The notes beneath the pieces were generated by a model. It did no database searches. It was not told the DNA's origin and worked only from the letters and a program-made list of their open reading frames with translations. From Bacillus subtilis subsp. subtilis str. 168 (GTDB lineage Bacteria > Bacillota > Bacilli > Bacillales > Bacillaceae), in assembly GCF_000009045.1 (NCBI RefSeq), contig NC_000964.3, positions 1,426,001 through 1,490,000 on the forward strand: a stretch of 64,000 bases of DNA, given 5' to 3'. Below, in pieces: positions 9,628 through 20,336 of the stretch; position 1 is the stretch's first letter, and every line of letters starts with the position of its first letter. The translations under genes and the position numbers were made by a program.

Positions 9628-11727
9628 TTATTTTGCTCGCACTTTGATTTTATCATCTTCTAAAATCACGTGAAAACTTGTGATCTCGCCATTATCAAGC
9701 AGCAGATCGGTCATTTCATCCTCAACCCATTCTTGGATGGTTCTTCTAAGCGGACGTGCACCGAATGAAGGGTGGTAGCCCAGCTCAGCGATTTTTTCTT
9801 TCGCTTCATCTGTCACATTCAAGCTAATGCCCCGTTCCGCCAATGTTTCTTCAAGTTCTCCAAGAAGAAGGCTGACGATTTTGACAAGATGTTCTTTTTC
9901 CAATGAGCGGAACTCAATAATGCTGTCAAAACGGTTGAGGAACTCAGGTTTAAAGAACATGCTCAGTGAATCAATTAATGTTTGTTCTTCGATGACACTG
10001 TCATCTGATTGGAAACCGACTTTCGTTTGTTTCTCACCAGCACCCGCATTACTTGTCATGATGATCACAGTGTCTTTGAAGCTTACAGTTCTGCCTTGGC
10101 TGTCTGTCAGACGGCCATCTTCCATAATTTGCAGGAACATATGCTGAACGTCTGGGTGTGCTTTTTCAATCTCATCCAGCAACACAATGCTGTAAGGATT
10201 GCGGCGCACCTTCTCAGTTAATTGTCCAGCTTCCTCATGGCCGACATATCCAGGCGGTGAACCGATAATTTTAGATACGGCGTGTTTCTCCATGTATTCG
10301 CTCATATCGAGTCGGATAATAGCGTCTTTTGTGCCGAATAATTCATCTGCCAGTGTTTTAGAAAGCTCTGTTTTCCCTACGCCGGTAGGACCGACGAAGA
10401 GGAAGGAGCCGACTGGTCTGTTTTTGGATTTTAATCCGGCGCGGCTTCGTCTTACCGCTTTTGCCACTTTTTGAACAGCGGCTTCTTGTCCGATCACGCG
10501 TTCATGAAGTTTTGCTTCGAGTTCTTTCATTTTCGTTTGTTCGTCTGCCTGCAGTTTGCCGACAGGGATGCCTGTTTTTTGTTCAACAATTTCCTGAATG
10601 TGCTCAGCTTCCACAGTGACAGCGGTATGAGCGGAGGAGCTGTTCAGTTTTTTCTCCAATGCGAGTTCTTCATCACGGAGTTTTGCCGCCAGTTCGTAAT
10701 TTTCTTCTTCCAGGGCTTTTGTTTTTTCGGCTTCAATTGCAGTTAAGCGTTCAGCGGCATCCTCATCATTCAGTTCATCAATTAACAGGTTGGCTTTTGA
10801 ACCTGCTTCATCTAATAAATCAATTGCTTTATCCGGCAGGTGTCTGTCCTGAATGTAGCGGGATGATAAAGTGACACATGCTTTGATTGCTTCATCACTG
10901 AATGTTACGCCATGGTACGCCTCGTATTTGTCTTTAATCCCTTGCAGAATGAGGATAGCCTGTTCAATTGAAGGCTCCTGCACCATGACAGGCTGAAAAC
11001 GTCTTTCCAGCGCGGCATCTTTTTCGATTTGACGATATTCTTTCAGTGTTGTCGCGCCAATGACTTGCAGTTCGCCTCTGGCTAGGGCCGGTTTGAGAAT
11101 GTTGCCGGCGTCCATTGATCCTTCTGCAGAGCCTGCGCCGACGAGAAGGTGAATTTCATCAATGAACAGAATGACATTTTTTCGTTCCTTCAGCTCAGTG
11201 ATCAGCTGTTTCATTCTCTCCTCAAATTGGCCTCTGATCCCTGTGTTTGCAACAAGAGATGCAACATCAAGCAAGTATAGCTCTTTGTTTTTTAGTTTGT
11301 TTGGAACATCACCTTCAGCAATTTTTAAAGCGAGCCCTTCAGCGATGGCAGTTTTCCCTACACCCGGCTCACCAATAAGAACCGGATTGTTTTTGTTTCG
11401 GCGGTTTAGAATTTCGATCACTCGCGCCACTTCATCATCACGGCCGATGACGGGATCAATGAGACCGGCTTTTGCACCGTTTGTAATATTTTGAGCCAGC
11501 TCATCAAGCAACCCTTTTTTTTCGCTTTGTTTTGCTGCGCTCTGTTCTTTCGGCTGGAATGCCTGTTCAAACGGAAATCCGAAAGATTGAGGACCCATAC
11601 TCATTGAAGGTTTACGGGTCAGTTCGTTATAGCAAGTTTCACAAAGAACCATCTGTTTATGAACGGAATTTATTTGCATGTTAAGGCGAATCGTCGCCTC
11701 GTTTTGATGACAATGTTGACAACGCAT
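9628..11727 (-). CDS. clpE: Clp ATPase ClpE (HSP100)
   Basis: N-terminal Zn finger CQHC...CETC; two Walker A motifs ([16 protein letters not shown]); RBS GGAGGT before ATG 11727. Confidence 0.96.
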   Translation of the reverse strand: MRCQHCHQNEATIRLNMQINSVHKQMVLCETCYNELTRKPSMSMGPQSFGFPFEQAFQPKEQSAAKQSEKKGLLDELAQNITNGAKAGLIDPVIGRDDEVARVIEILNRRNKNNPVLIGEPGVGKTAIAEGLALKIAEGDVPNKLKNKELYLLDVASLVANTGIRGQFEERMKQLITELKERKNVILFIDEIHLLVGAGSAEGSMDAGNILKPALARGELQVIGATTLKEYRQIEKDAALERRFQPVMVQEPSIEQAILILQGIKDKYEAYHGVTFSDEAIKACVTLSSRYIQDRHLPDKAIDLLDEAGSKANLLIDELNDEDAAERLTAIEAEKTKALEEENYELAAKLRDEELALEKKLNSSSAHTAVTVEAEHIQEIVEQKTGIPVGKLQADEQTKMKELEAKLHERVIGQEAAVQKVAKAVRRSRAGLKSKNRPVGSFLFVGPTGVGKTELSKTLADELFGTKDAIIRLDMSEYMEKHAVSKIIGSPPGYVGHEEAGQLTEKVRRNPYSIVLLDEIEKAHPDVQHMFLQIMEDGRLTDSQGRTVSFKDTVIIMTSNAGAGEKQTKVGFQSDDSVIEEQTLIDSLSMFFKPEFLNRFDSIIEFRSLEKEHLVKIVSLLLGELEETLAERGISLNVTDEAKEKIAELGYHPSFGARPLRRTIQEWVEDEMTDLLLDNGEITSFHVILEDDKIKVRAK

Positions 11728-11748
11728 TTGCCAAAACCTCCTTAATAA

Positions 11749-11957
11749 TTTGATCATCTTTGACCAATGAAAGTGAATAAAAAGGTCTATTGGGTTTGAC
11801 CTTCTTTGACTATTAGTATACGGCAAACTTAACGGCATTCAAACCAATATGCTCAAAGCAGACTGAATATTTGACTATCTTTGACCAATTGATTTTTAAA
11901 AAAGGCCGGTTTGTTTGACCAACTTTGATTAATAGTATACTCTGACTATCTTTGACT
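11749..11957 (-). promoter_or_regulatory. five CtsR operators upstream of clpE
   Basis: Heptad direct repeats of the (A/G)GTCAAA-N3-(A/G)GTCAAA type at 11749-65, 11795-811, 11870-86, 11914-30 and 11941-57; TATACT -10 boxes at about 11815 and 11934. Confidence 0.9.
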
Positions 11958-12091
11958 TTCAAGTCTTATGCACAAAAATTTTTGATTTGTTACAAAGTAA
12001 AACATGTTTTCTTCGTCTTTTCAAGGAACTTGTCTCATAGGTTATAAAAAGGCATATATGGACAAAACTGCGGTTCGTTCGGAGGGAAGAA

Positions 12092-13135
12092 ATGGAACAA
12101 TCAAAAGGGTCTGCAAGTCAGCTTGCTTTTGTGTATGTCGGCACAGTAGTCGGAGCTGGATTTGCGACTGGGAGGGAAATTGTTGAGTTTTTTCTGAAGT
12201 TCGGCTGGTTCGGTTTTTTCGGCATTCTCGTCAGCGGCGGAATGTTTACGTTACTGGGGGCCAAGCTGATGATCATTTCAAAGCGAATCAATGCCAAGTC
12301 ATATCAAGAAATGAACATATTTTTGTTCGGGGCGACGGCTGGGCGGATTATCAATGTATTTATGCTGTTTGTTCTCCTTGGAGTTACATCTGTTATGCTT
12401 TCAGGGGCAGGGGCGCTTTTTGAGGAACAGCTGGGGATGTCCGCTCAGATTGGGATGCTCATTACAATCGGTCTGAGTTTAATTGTGATGACTAGAGGAG
12501 TAAAAGGCATTTTCGGTGTCAATGTGTTTGTTGTTCCTCTTTTAATCATCTTTTCAATGATTGTGGTGGCCGACTCTTTTATATTCAGCGAATCACGAAA
12601 CGCAGCTCAGTGGGTCTGGCCGCATCGCTGGGATTGGCTGTTATCAGCAGTTTCTTACGGGGCTTTAAATTTATCGCTTGCCCAAGCTGTTTTGGTTCCG
12701 CTGGCGAATGAAATGTCATCGGAGAAAGTGATAAAAAAAGGCGCTTTAATCGGAGGCACGATGCTGACGATTGTGCTGTCCGCGAGTTTTCTGTCTTTGT
12801 CGACTCTTCCGGATGTATTTTTGTATGATATACCGATGGCGCAAGTGGTTTATCTCTTTGCACGATCTGTCCATTTGATTTATTTACTCATTATTTTCGG
12901 AGAAGTGTTCACATCAGTTATCGGTAATCTATATGGATTAGAAAAACAAGTGCAAAGCTTTCTTCCAGTGAAAAGCAAATATATCTTTGCAGCCATTATG
13001 ATCACGGCTTATATTACGAGCCAAATAGGGTACGGCAGGCTTATTTCAACGATTTATCCCTTGTTTGGCTATGTGAGCCTGGCCTTCATAGGCGCTTTGC
13101 TTTGCAAAAAAGCTCCTCGGCGGCGCAGTTTATAA
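12092..13135 (+). CDS. ykvI: YkvI-family polytopic membrane protein (putative transporter)
   Basis: GTVVGAGFATGREIVEFF motif; about 10 hydrophobic segments. Confidence 0.85.
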   Translation: MEQSKGSASQLAFVYVGTVVGAGFATGREIVEFFLKFGWFGFFGILVSGGMFTLLGAKLMIISKRINAKSYQEMNIFLFGATAGRIINVFMLFVLLGVTSVMLSGAGALFEEQLGMSAQIGMLITIGLSLIVMTRGVKGIFGVNVFVVPLLIIFSMIVVADSFIFSESRNAAQWVWPHRWDWLLSAVSYGALNLSLAQAVLVPLANEMSSEKVIKKGALIGGTMLTIVLSASFLSLSTLPDVFLYDIPMAQVVYLFARSVHLIYLLIIFGEVFTSVIGNLYGLEKQVQSFLPVKSKYIFAAIMITAYITSQIGYGRLISTIYPLFGYVSLAFIGALLCKKAPRRRSL

Positions 13136-13278
13136 ATATATATAATGAAACGAACCGTCACTATAGAGCGATAATTGATCTAGGAACCGGGGACTGACTT
13201 TTTTATTGTCAAGAAAAACATCATTATGGTAAGATAGCAGAAGTGAAAAAATTGAAGAAAATCCGTGCGATATGCGGG

Positions 13279-13345
13279 AGAGGTTCTAGCTACACCCTCT
13301 ATAAAAAACTAAGGACGAGCTGTATCCTTGGATACGGCCTTTTTT
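13279..13345 (+). ncRNA. preQ1-I riboswitch with terminator
   Basis: AGAGGTTCTAGCTACACCCTCTATAAAAAACTAA aptamer, then GCTGTATCC-TT-GGATACGGC + T-tract, upstream of queC. Confidence 0.95.
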
Positions 13346-13447
13346 ATGTTTTTCTAGAGCACCTTCCGAAAAAAGGTGTTTTTTTGCGTGAATTAGCTGT
13401 AGCGATGTCTCTCGCCGGCGTTTTTATTGCGGAGAAGGAGAGGAATC

Positions 13448-14107
13448 ATGAAAAAAGAAAAAGCAATTGTCGTATTTAGCGGCGGTCAAGACAGCACAAC
13501 ATGCTTACTGTGGGCCTTAAAAGAATTCGAAGAAGTCGAAACGGTGACTTTTCATTATAATCAGCGACATTCGCAGGAAGTTGAAGTGGCAAAATCCATT
13601 GCGGAAAAGCTTGGTGTGAAAAATCATTTGCTTGATATGTCACTTTTAAATCAGCTTGCACCGAATGCCCTGACTAGAAATGATATTGAGATAGAAGTAA
13701 AAGACGGCGAACTGCCATCCACATTCGTTCCAGGCCGCAATTTGGTATTCTTATCCTTTGCGTCTATCCTGGCTTACCAAATTGGCGCGCGCCACATTAT
13801 TACAGGAGTTTGCGAGACAGACTTCAGTGGTTATCCTGACTGCCGTGACGAATTCGTGAAATCTTGCAATGTCACGGTAAATCTGGCAATGGAGAAGCCG
13901 TTTGTGATCCACACGCCTCTCATGTGGCTCAATAAGGCGGAAACGTGGAAGCTTGCAGATGAGCTTGGCGCGCTGGATTTTGTGAAAAACAACACGCTGA
14001 CATGCTATAACGGCATCATCGCAGACGGCTGCGGCGAATGTCCGGCATGTCACCTTCGTTCAAAAGGTTATGAAGAATATATGGTGATGAAAGGAGAGCG
14101 TGCATAA
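13448..14107 (+). CDS. queC: 7-cyano-7-deazaguanine synthase
   Basis: SGGQDS PP-loop, VPGRN, YPDCR, and TCY...CGECPAC Zn site. Confidence 0.96.
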   Translation: MKKEKAIVVFSGGQDSTTCLLWALKEFEEVETVTFHYNQRHSQEVEVAKSIAEKLGVKNHLLDMSLLNQLAPNALTRNDIEIEVKDGELPSTFVPGRNLVFLSFASILAYQIGARHIITGVCETDFSGYPDCRDEFVKSCNVTVNLAMEKPFVIHTPLMWLNKAETWKLADELGALDFVKNNTLTCYNGIIADGCGECPACHLRSKGYEEYMVMKGERA

Positions 14108-14549
14108 ATTGTTATCTCAAATTTATCCGCAGGCCCAGCATCCTTATTCGTTTGAACTGAATAAGGACATGCATATCTCAGCCGCTCATTTTATCCCTCG
14201 GGAAAGTGCGGGAGCGTGCAGCAGGGTTCACGGGCATACGTATACCGTAAATATAACCGTTGCCGGCGACGAACTTGACGATTCAGGCTTTCTTGTCAAT
14301 TTCAGCGTACTCAAAAAACTGGTGCACGGAAACTATGATCACACGCTATTAAATGATCATGAAGATTTTTCTCAGGACGACCGGTATTCGCTGCCGACAA
14401 CTGAAGTCGTGGCGAAAACGATTTATGACAACGTACAGGCTTATTTAGACACTTTGGAGAATAAGCCGACCTGTGTACAGGTGTTTGTCCGTGAAACACC
14501 GACAAGCTACTGTGTCTACCGTCCGAAAAAGGGTGGTTTGAATGGCTAA
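14100..14549 (+). CDS. queD: 6-carboxy-5,6,7,8-tetrahydropterin synthase
   Basis: AAH...C.RVHGHTY and PTTE motifs; GTG start. Confidence 0.95.
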   Translation: MHKLLSQIYPQAQHPYSFELNKDMHISAAHFIPRESAGACSRVHGHTYTVNITVAGDELDDSGFLVNFSVLKKLVHGNYDHTLLNDHEDFSQDDRYSLPTTEVVAKTIYDNVQAYLDTLENKPTCVQVFVRETPTSYCVYRPKKGGLNG

Positions 14550-15273
14550 AGGAATTCCTGTATTAGAAATTTTCGGCCCGACGATTCAAGGAGAAGGCAT
14601 GGTGATCGGACAGAAAACGATGTTCGTCCGGACAGCCGGCTGCGATTATTCCTGCAGCTGGTGTGACTCCGCTTTCACTTGGGACGGGTCTGCTAAAAAA
14701 GATATTCGCTGGATGACGGCGGAGGAGATTTTTGCGGAGCTTAAGGACATTGGGGGAGATGCGTTTTCTCATGTGACGATCTCAGGCGGCAACCCGGCTC
14801 TGTTAAAACAGCTGGATGCTTTTATTGAACTGCTGAAGGAAAATAACATCCGTGCAGCGCTTGAAACTCAAGGGACCGTTTATCAGGATTGGTTTACGCT
14901 GATTGATGACCTGACAATTTCTCCAAAACCGCCAAGCTCAAAAATGGTAACGAACTTTCAAAAGCTTGACCACATTTTAACTTCACTTCAAGAGAATGAT
15001 AGACAGCATGCTGTCAGCTTGAAGGTTGTCATCTTTAATGATGAAGATCTGGAATTTGCCAAAACTGTGCACAAGCGGTATCCGGGAATCCCGTTTTATT
15101 TACAAGTCGGAAATGATGACGTGCATACGACAGATGATCAGTCACTGATTGCACATTTGCTTGGAAAATATGAAGCGCTTGTTGATAAGGTAGCTGTCGA
15201 TGCGGAGCTGAATCTCGTCAGAGTGCTCCCGCAGCTGCACACCCTGTTATGGGGCAACAAACGCGGAGTATAA
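14542..15273 (+). CDS. queE: 7-carboxy-7-deazaguanine synthase (radical SAM)
   Basis: TIQGEG, CxxxCxxC (CDYSCSWC), and C-terminal PQLH. Confidence 0.95.
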   Translation: MAKGIPVLEIFGPTIQGEGMVIGQKTMFVRTAGCDYSCSWCDSAFTWDGSAKKDIRWMTAEEIFAELKDIGGDAFSHVTISGGNPALLKQLDAFIELLKENNIRAALETQGTVYQDWFTLIDDLTISPKPPSSKMVTNFQKLDHILTSLQENDRQHAVSLKVVIFNDEDLEFAKTVHKRYPGIPFYLQVGNDDVHTTDDQSLIAHLLGKYEALVDKVAVDAELNLVRVLPQLHTLLWGNKRGV

Positions 15274-15290
15274 TAGAAAGGAAGATGAAC

Positions 15291-15788
15291 ATGACGACAA
15301 GAAAAGAATCAGAATTAGAAGGTGTAACATTGCTAGGCAATCAAGGTACAAATTATTTGTTCGAATATGCACCGGACGTGCTGGAATCCTTCCCTAATAA
15401 ACATGTAAACCGTGATTACTTTGTAAAATTCAATTGCCCGGAATTCACATCTTTATGTCCTAAAACAGGCCAGCCTGACTTTGCGACAATCTACATCAGC
15501 TACATTCCTGATGAAAAAATGGTTGAAAGCAAATCATTAAAGCTGTATCTATTCAGCTTCAGAAACCATGGTGACTTCCACGAGGACTGCATGAATATCA
15601 TCATGAACGACTTGATTGAATTAATGGACCCGCGCTACATTGAAGTATGGGGCAAATTCACGCCAAGAGGCGGAATTTCCATTGATCCGTACACAAACTA
15701 CGGAAAGCCTGGCACGAAGTATGAGAAAATGGCCGAATACCGTATGATGAACCATGATTTGTATCCGGAGACAATTGATAATCGTTAA
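15291..15788 (+). CDS. queF: NADPH-dependent 7-cyano-7-deazaguanine reductase
   Basis: [15 protein letters not shown] and [10 protein letters not shown] QueF motifs. Confidence 0.96.
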   Translation: MTTRKESELEGVTLLGNQGTNYLFEYAPDVLESFPNKHVNRDYFVKFNCPEFTSLCPKTGQPDFATIYISYIPDEKMVESKSLKLYLFSFRNHGDFHEDCMNIIMNDLIELMDPRYIEVWGKFTPRGGISIDPYTNYGKPGTKYEKMAEYRMMNHDLYPETIDNR

Positions 15789-15827
15789 TTATTCCGTTGT
15801 GTGATACGGAGTGTAAAAGGAAGTGGA

Positions 15828-16002
15828 GTCACAGTAAAATCCGAACATTCAGCGTTAATTTTCAGCGGAAATGTGACCTGGTCACAGCGAAGTGTGACCC
15901 GCACTAAGCTCAATAAAAGTGGGAAAAGTCACACCTGAAAATGGCTCTACTCATGGGAATTGTATTAAAAAGTGTGACCTGAGGTGCAACCTGAACTGTG
16001 AC
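15828..16002. repeat. cluster of seven TGTGAC/GTCACA hexamers in both orientations
   Basis: Copies at 15828, 15872, 15881, 15893, 15928, 15973 and 15997; includes the near-palindrome TGTGACCTGGTCACA. Confidence 0.85.
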
Positions 16003-16110
16003 TTTTATGCAGTGAAAAATTGATAGTACAGAAGCAGATTAAGGCGTACAATTTGTACGTCTTTTCTTTTTTATCCGAAAGAAAAAATGCCTATCTAGAG
16101 ATCATAGGCA

Positions 16111-16348
16111 TTAAATATTATTATCAATATCTTCATTTATTTTTTGGCTAAGTTTCTGAACCTTCTCTTTAACATTTGAAACAGCTCTTTTTTGAATTTC
16201 ATCAATTCTCCTGAATATAGTCGATGACACTTCTTATTAGAACTTCACTTTCAAAATTGAATATCTCATTTATTTCTGACTGTTCTTCATCTGTTAGGTG
16301 ATGGTATTGAAGTTGTTTAGCATTTACTTCAGCAGCTACATCAATCCT
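16111..16348 (-). pseudogene. 3' remnant of a lost gene (no start, one frameshift) with its terminator
   Basis: VRIDVAAEVNAKQLQYHHLTDEEQSEINEIFNFESEVLIRSVIDYIQEN / DEIQKRAVSNVKEKVQKLSQKINEDIDNNI*, followed by hairpin AATGCCTAT...ATAGGCATT + T-tract. Confidence 0.55.
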
Positions 16349-16703
16349 AACTTAGTTGTTCTGGTTGTACAATTTCATATTCACCTTCTGCATACTCTTG
16401 CTCCGCATAATAGCCTCCCCATTGACAGAGCTCCTGCAAGATAGGTTTAAGAGATTCTCCAAGTTCAGTGGATGAATATTCAACCTTCGGCGGTACTTGA
16501 TTATACATCTTTCTGCTCACAAGTCCACTGGCTTCAAGCTCTCTAAGTGTTTGAATCAGCATTTTCTGAGTTATATTTGGGATAATGCGCTTTAATTCAC
16601 TCGTTCTCTTTGGTCCATTCATTAAAAAGTATAATACAAGGCCTTTCCATTTTCCGCCAATAACTTCCTTTGTCACTTCAAACCCACAGCTAAATTTTTT
16701 CAT
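16347..16703 (-). CDS. ykvN: HxlR/DUF24-family transcriptional regulator
   Basis: C6 then IGGKWK, ELKRIIPNITQKML, PPKVEYS motifs. Confidence 0.9.
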   Translation of the reverse strand: MKKFSCGFEVTKEVIGGKWKGLVLYFLMNGPKRTSELKRIIPNITQKMLIQTLRELEASGLVSRKMYNQVPPKVEYSSTELGESLKPILQELCQWGGYYAEQEYAEGEYEIVQPEQLS

Positions 16704-16871
16704 GTCTAAAGCTCTCCATTCCACATTTATTACTTTTTAGTTACTATATCACAAAAAAGTGGGTACTTCCGATAATGTGCTTACTGAAGGATACTATATC
16801 TTGTAAGTTGTTCTTCAAGTACTTAAAGGTACTAGACATAAAATAAAATTAATTCTAAAGGAGTGTTAAGT

Positions 16872-17618
16872 ATGGGTAAATTTGAAGGTAAAATAGCGCT
16901 TGTAACGGGTGGAACAAGTGGGATTGGTCTTGCTACAGCACAAAAATTTGTAAACGAAGGTGCATATGTTTATATTACGGGACGTAGACAAAACGAACTT
17001 GATAAAGCTGTTAACCAAATTGGCAAGAACGTAACCGGTGTTCAAGGTGATATTTCTAAGCTTGAAGACTTAGACAAACTATATGACATTATAAAGCAGG
17101 AAAAAGGTAAGTTGGACATTCTTTTTGCTAATGCAGGCATCGGCAACTTCCTTCCATTAGGTGAAATTACTGAAGAGCAGGTTGATAGAACGTTCGACAT
17201 TAACGTTAAAGGAACCATCTTTACTGTTCAAAAAGCGTTATCACTATTCCCGGACAAAGTAGGTTCTATTATTGTAACGGGCTCTACTGCTGGATCAATT
17301 GGCAACCCAGCGTTTAGTGTATATGGAGCATCTAAAGCAGCATTAAGAGCACTAGTTCGCAACTGGATTCTTGACCTAAAAGGTACTGAAATCCGTGTAA
17401 ATGTGGTTAGTCCAGGAGGTATTCTTACACCTGCCTACGATGAGCTTTTTGGTGATGCACTTGAAGAGGTACTGGAAAATAGCAGAAATACTGTTCCAGC
17501 TGGAAAAGTTGGGACACCTGAAGAAGTAGCAAACGCTGTATCTTTCCTTGCTTCAGACGAAAGCAGTTACTTGACGGGTGTTGAATTGTTCGTAGATGGC
17601 GGGCTAGCACAGGTATAA
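16872..17618 (+). CDS. ykvO: short-chain dehydrogenase/reductase
   Basis: TGGTSGIG Rossmann motif, ANAG, YGASK catalytic motif. Confidence 0.9.
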
Positions 17619-18098
17619 TTTCACTGCGCAGAGATTACAAATAGTCCCCAAAAAAGGTTAATGGGGATTTACTTGAAGAAGTCGTATAAAAAAGTCGTTT
17701 TCCTTAAAGGACAGGGAATTCGACTTTTTTATATTTGAATTTGATTAACGTTGTAAATTCGCATTTTCCTGGGGCTACTACTAAATGACCTGTAAAAAAG
17801 ATTACACTGTGAATAAATGTACTTAAAGTAACGGGGGCTCTTGACTTTTAATAAAAAATAATATCCCTGTCCTTGTATTCTAATACTTTTAAAAATATTT
17901 AAAGGAATCCTTATGTCCTGAATAACCACATAGGAAAATATGTTGTAGGTTGCTTTCTTTTTTTGTGGGGCATCCCACACAAGCTATCTCGTGATCTCAC
18001 ACCTGAACGTTTTTTATAGACTAGTACCGCGACAAGTTATATTACATATACATACCAATAAAGTAGACATTAAAAAGTGAAAGAGAGGATGGAAATGT

Positions 18099-19298
18099 GT
18101 GAAAATTCTTTTCCTTGAGAGTCATCCCATGTGGCTCTATGGTTTACCGAATGGGTTTAGGGAAGCAGGACATACCGTAATGATTTCCGGTCCTGTAAGT
18201 CGGGAAAATATAACTGAAATGATAGACGAATTTAAACCAGATTTAATAGTATCTATGGGATGGACACCAGAGCATTCAAGGGAAAAGCAGGCCTGGATTC
18301 GCAACGCTACTAAAAAGGTGAATATCCCTCTCGTTTATTGGGCAACTGAAGACCCGCTGCACACTCAAAACTTTACTATCCCGTTAATTAAAAAGATGAA
18401 ACCGGATTTTGTTTTCACGGTCACGCCTTCTCTGTGTAAAACTTATGAAAGCATGGGGATTAAAGCAGCTCACTTAGACTTTGCATTTCACGAAAGTATA
18501 CATCACCAGATTAAACCATTAGCGAAATACAGTTGTGATATAGCAGTGGTGGCTAATGCTTACCCTAATTTTCTTGAAGAACATCCGGAAGTGTTCCGTT
18601 CGTCCTCTTTAAAAACGCTTATTCGTCCTCTTATACGGAAGGGTATTCGCATTGATTTTTGGGGGAGAAACTGGGAAAAAATGAGTAAATATATAGGAAG
18701 AGAAATTCCCCGCAATTGGATCCATGGATACCTTGATTATACTGAAGCATATAAAGTTTACAGTTCAGCAAAAATCATTATCGGTTTGCAAAACTGTGAA
18801 AGCCAACTTACACAACGCACCTATGAGATTCTTGGTTCCGGGGGGTTTTTATTGACATCGGATACACCAGCAGTTCGAGGTAAATTCAAACCTGGCCGCG
18901 ATCTCATCGTTTCTTCCTCCCCAAAAGAAACATTGGAAAAGGTTAAATACTATTTAAATCATGATAGCGAGAGAAAAAAGATTCAGATAAACGGTAAAAA
19001 GGCTGTAAAGAATGATTCCTATCGGCATAGAGCCGAGAGAATGCTTGAGGTGCTAAAAAGCAGAGGAATCATAAGAAACTTAGGGGAAACCATTCATTAT
19101 GTAGATGTTCTCAAAGAAAAATACGTGATCCATCATGTTACTCCCGGTGAAACATTATCAATAATTGCCAGTAAGTATAATGTTTCCCTGCAGCAACTCA
19201 TGGAGCTTAATCATTTCAAATCAGATCAAATATATGCTGGACAAATCATTAAGATTAGAGAGAAACTGTTTAGAAATATTAATAACAAATTATTCTAA
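18099..19298 (+). CDS. ykvP: CgeB-like putative glycosyltransferase with C-terminal LysM (spore protein)
   Basis: [21 protein letters not shown] and YRHRAERM motifs of the CgeB/DUF3880 family; Lys[14 protein letters not shown]...IYAGQIIKI. Confidence 0.85.
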
Positions 19299-19313
19299 AG
19301 GAGAGTAATATGA

Positions 19314-19541
19314 ATGAAGGGGAAAATACCTAAAATAAGAAATCAAGCGAATAAAGTAAAAAGAACGCCTCGTTATATGGAATTTCCCGTGACATACGAA
19401 GTATATCATGTGGAATCCGGCGATACATTATGGACGATTGCCAAATCCTTTGAAATTCCGGTACAACAACTTATGAATCTTAATAAGCTTTCTTCAGATA
19501 GAATTTATCCTGGACAAATTATAAAGATAAGAGAAAGATAA
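19314..19541 (+). CDS. ykzQ: stand-alone LysM protein
   Basis: YHVESGDTLWTIAKSFEIPVQQLMNLN...IYPGQIIKI; RBS AAGGAG. Confidence 0.8.
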   Translation: MKGKIPKIRNQANKVKRTPRYMEFPVTYEVYHVESGDTLWTIAKSFEIPVQQLMNLNKLSSDRIYPGQIIKIRER

Positions 19542-19637
19542 TCTTTGAGGTTTCGGAAGCGAATCAAATTGAAATGACAATCCTCATTTTTTTATTTGTG
19601 GGGAACTTGATATTTTTGGGGATGAAGGGGTTATGAG

Positions 19638-20336
19638 ATGTTTCAAATGAGCTATTACTATTCTGGATTAGGATGGGACTTTATTCAACACGTTGATCAA
19701 ACGAACGGAGTATTAAATGTTGTGTCTCCTGATTTTTTCTATATCAGAAAAGATGGATCATTACTTCTCCGTTCAGCTAATCCCGATGTGATTAAAGCTC
19801 TTCATAGAAGAAAATTAAAAGTAGTTCCTTTTCTAAGCAATCATTGGGATCAGGATTTGGGACGATTTGCATTAATGAACCGAGTTCTTTTAGCTAAACA
19901 AATTTCTCATGCAATAGAAGAACTGGATTTGGATGGAGTTAATATCGATATAGAAAACCTTACAGAAAAAGATCGGAATCTATTTACAGATTTTATTAGA
20001 TTAGTAAGGAAAAGTATTCCTAGACATAAAGAAGTATCAGTTGCAGTGGCGGCAAATCCTTTTGGCTGGACGAAGGGCTGGCACGGATCATATGATTACG
20101 AGTATTTAGCTAAATATGCAGATTATCTTATGGTTATGGCCTATGATGAAAGCCGCCTTGCTGGGCCTACTGCAAGTGTAGGATGGGTGGAAAAGTCCAT
20201 TCAATATGTTCTGACCCAAAAAATCTCTCCTCAAAAACTAGTTTTAGGATTGCCATTCTATGGCCGCTGCTGGATGGAAGGCCAATCTGCCTCTCAAGCC
20301 ATTCCCCTTTACCTTGTTGTTAGTAAAAAGGCATAG
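19638..20336 (+). pseudogene. ykvQ: GH18 glycoside hydrolase (YaaH/YdhD-like), N-terminal fragment
   Basis: LDGVNIDIE catalytic motif, YDY..LA.YAD...[14 protein letters not shown]; ends before the last barrel strands. Confidence 0.8.

Noticed and set aside
11728-11838. Longer clpE start
   Set aside because: Runs through CtsR operators and the promoter; the RBS supports 11727.
11749-11957. Regularly recurring TTTGAC repeats as a CRISPR-like or novel array
   Set aside because: Fully explained by CtsR operators; no CRISPR repeat-spacer structure or cas genes anywhere in the window.
13243-13479. 78-aa ORF upstream of queC
   Set aside because: Overlies the preQ1 riboswitch and its terminator; no RBS.
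13279-15788. que genes next to an island as a 7-deazaguanine DNA-modification (Dpd) system
   Set aside because: This is the standard preQ1-riboswitch queCDEF operon; no dpdA/tgt-like or other dpd genes are adjacent.
15872-15886. TGTGACCTGGTCACA as an Fnr/CRP site
   Set aside because: The spacer is 5 bp, not the TGTGA-N6-TCACA spacing required.
17729-17980. 83-aa minus-strand ORF between ykvO and ykvP
   Set aside because: No RBS and no recognisable motif; could be another relic, but unsupported without a search.
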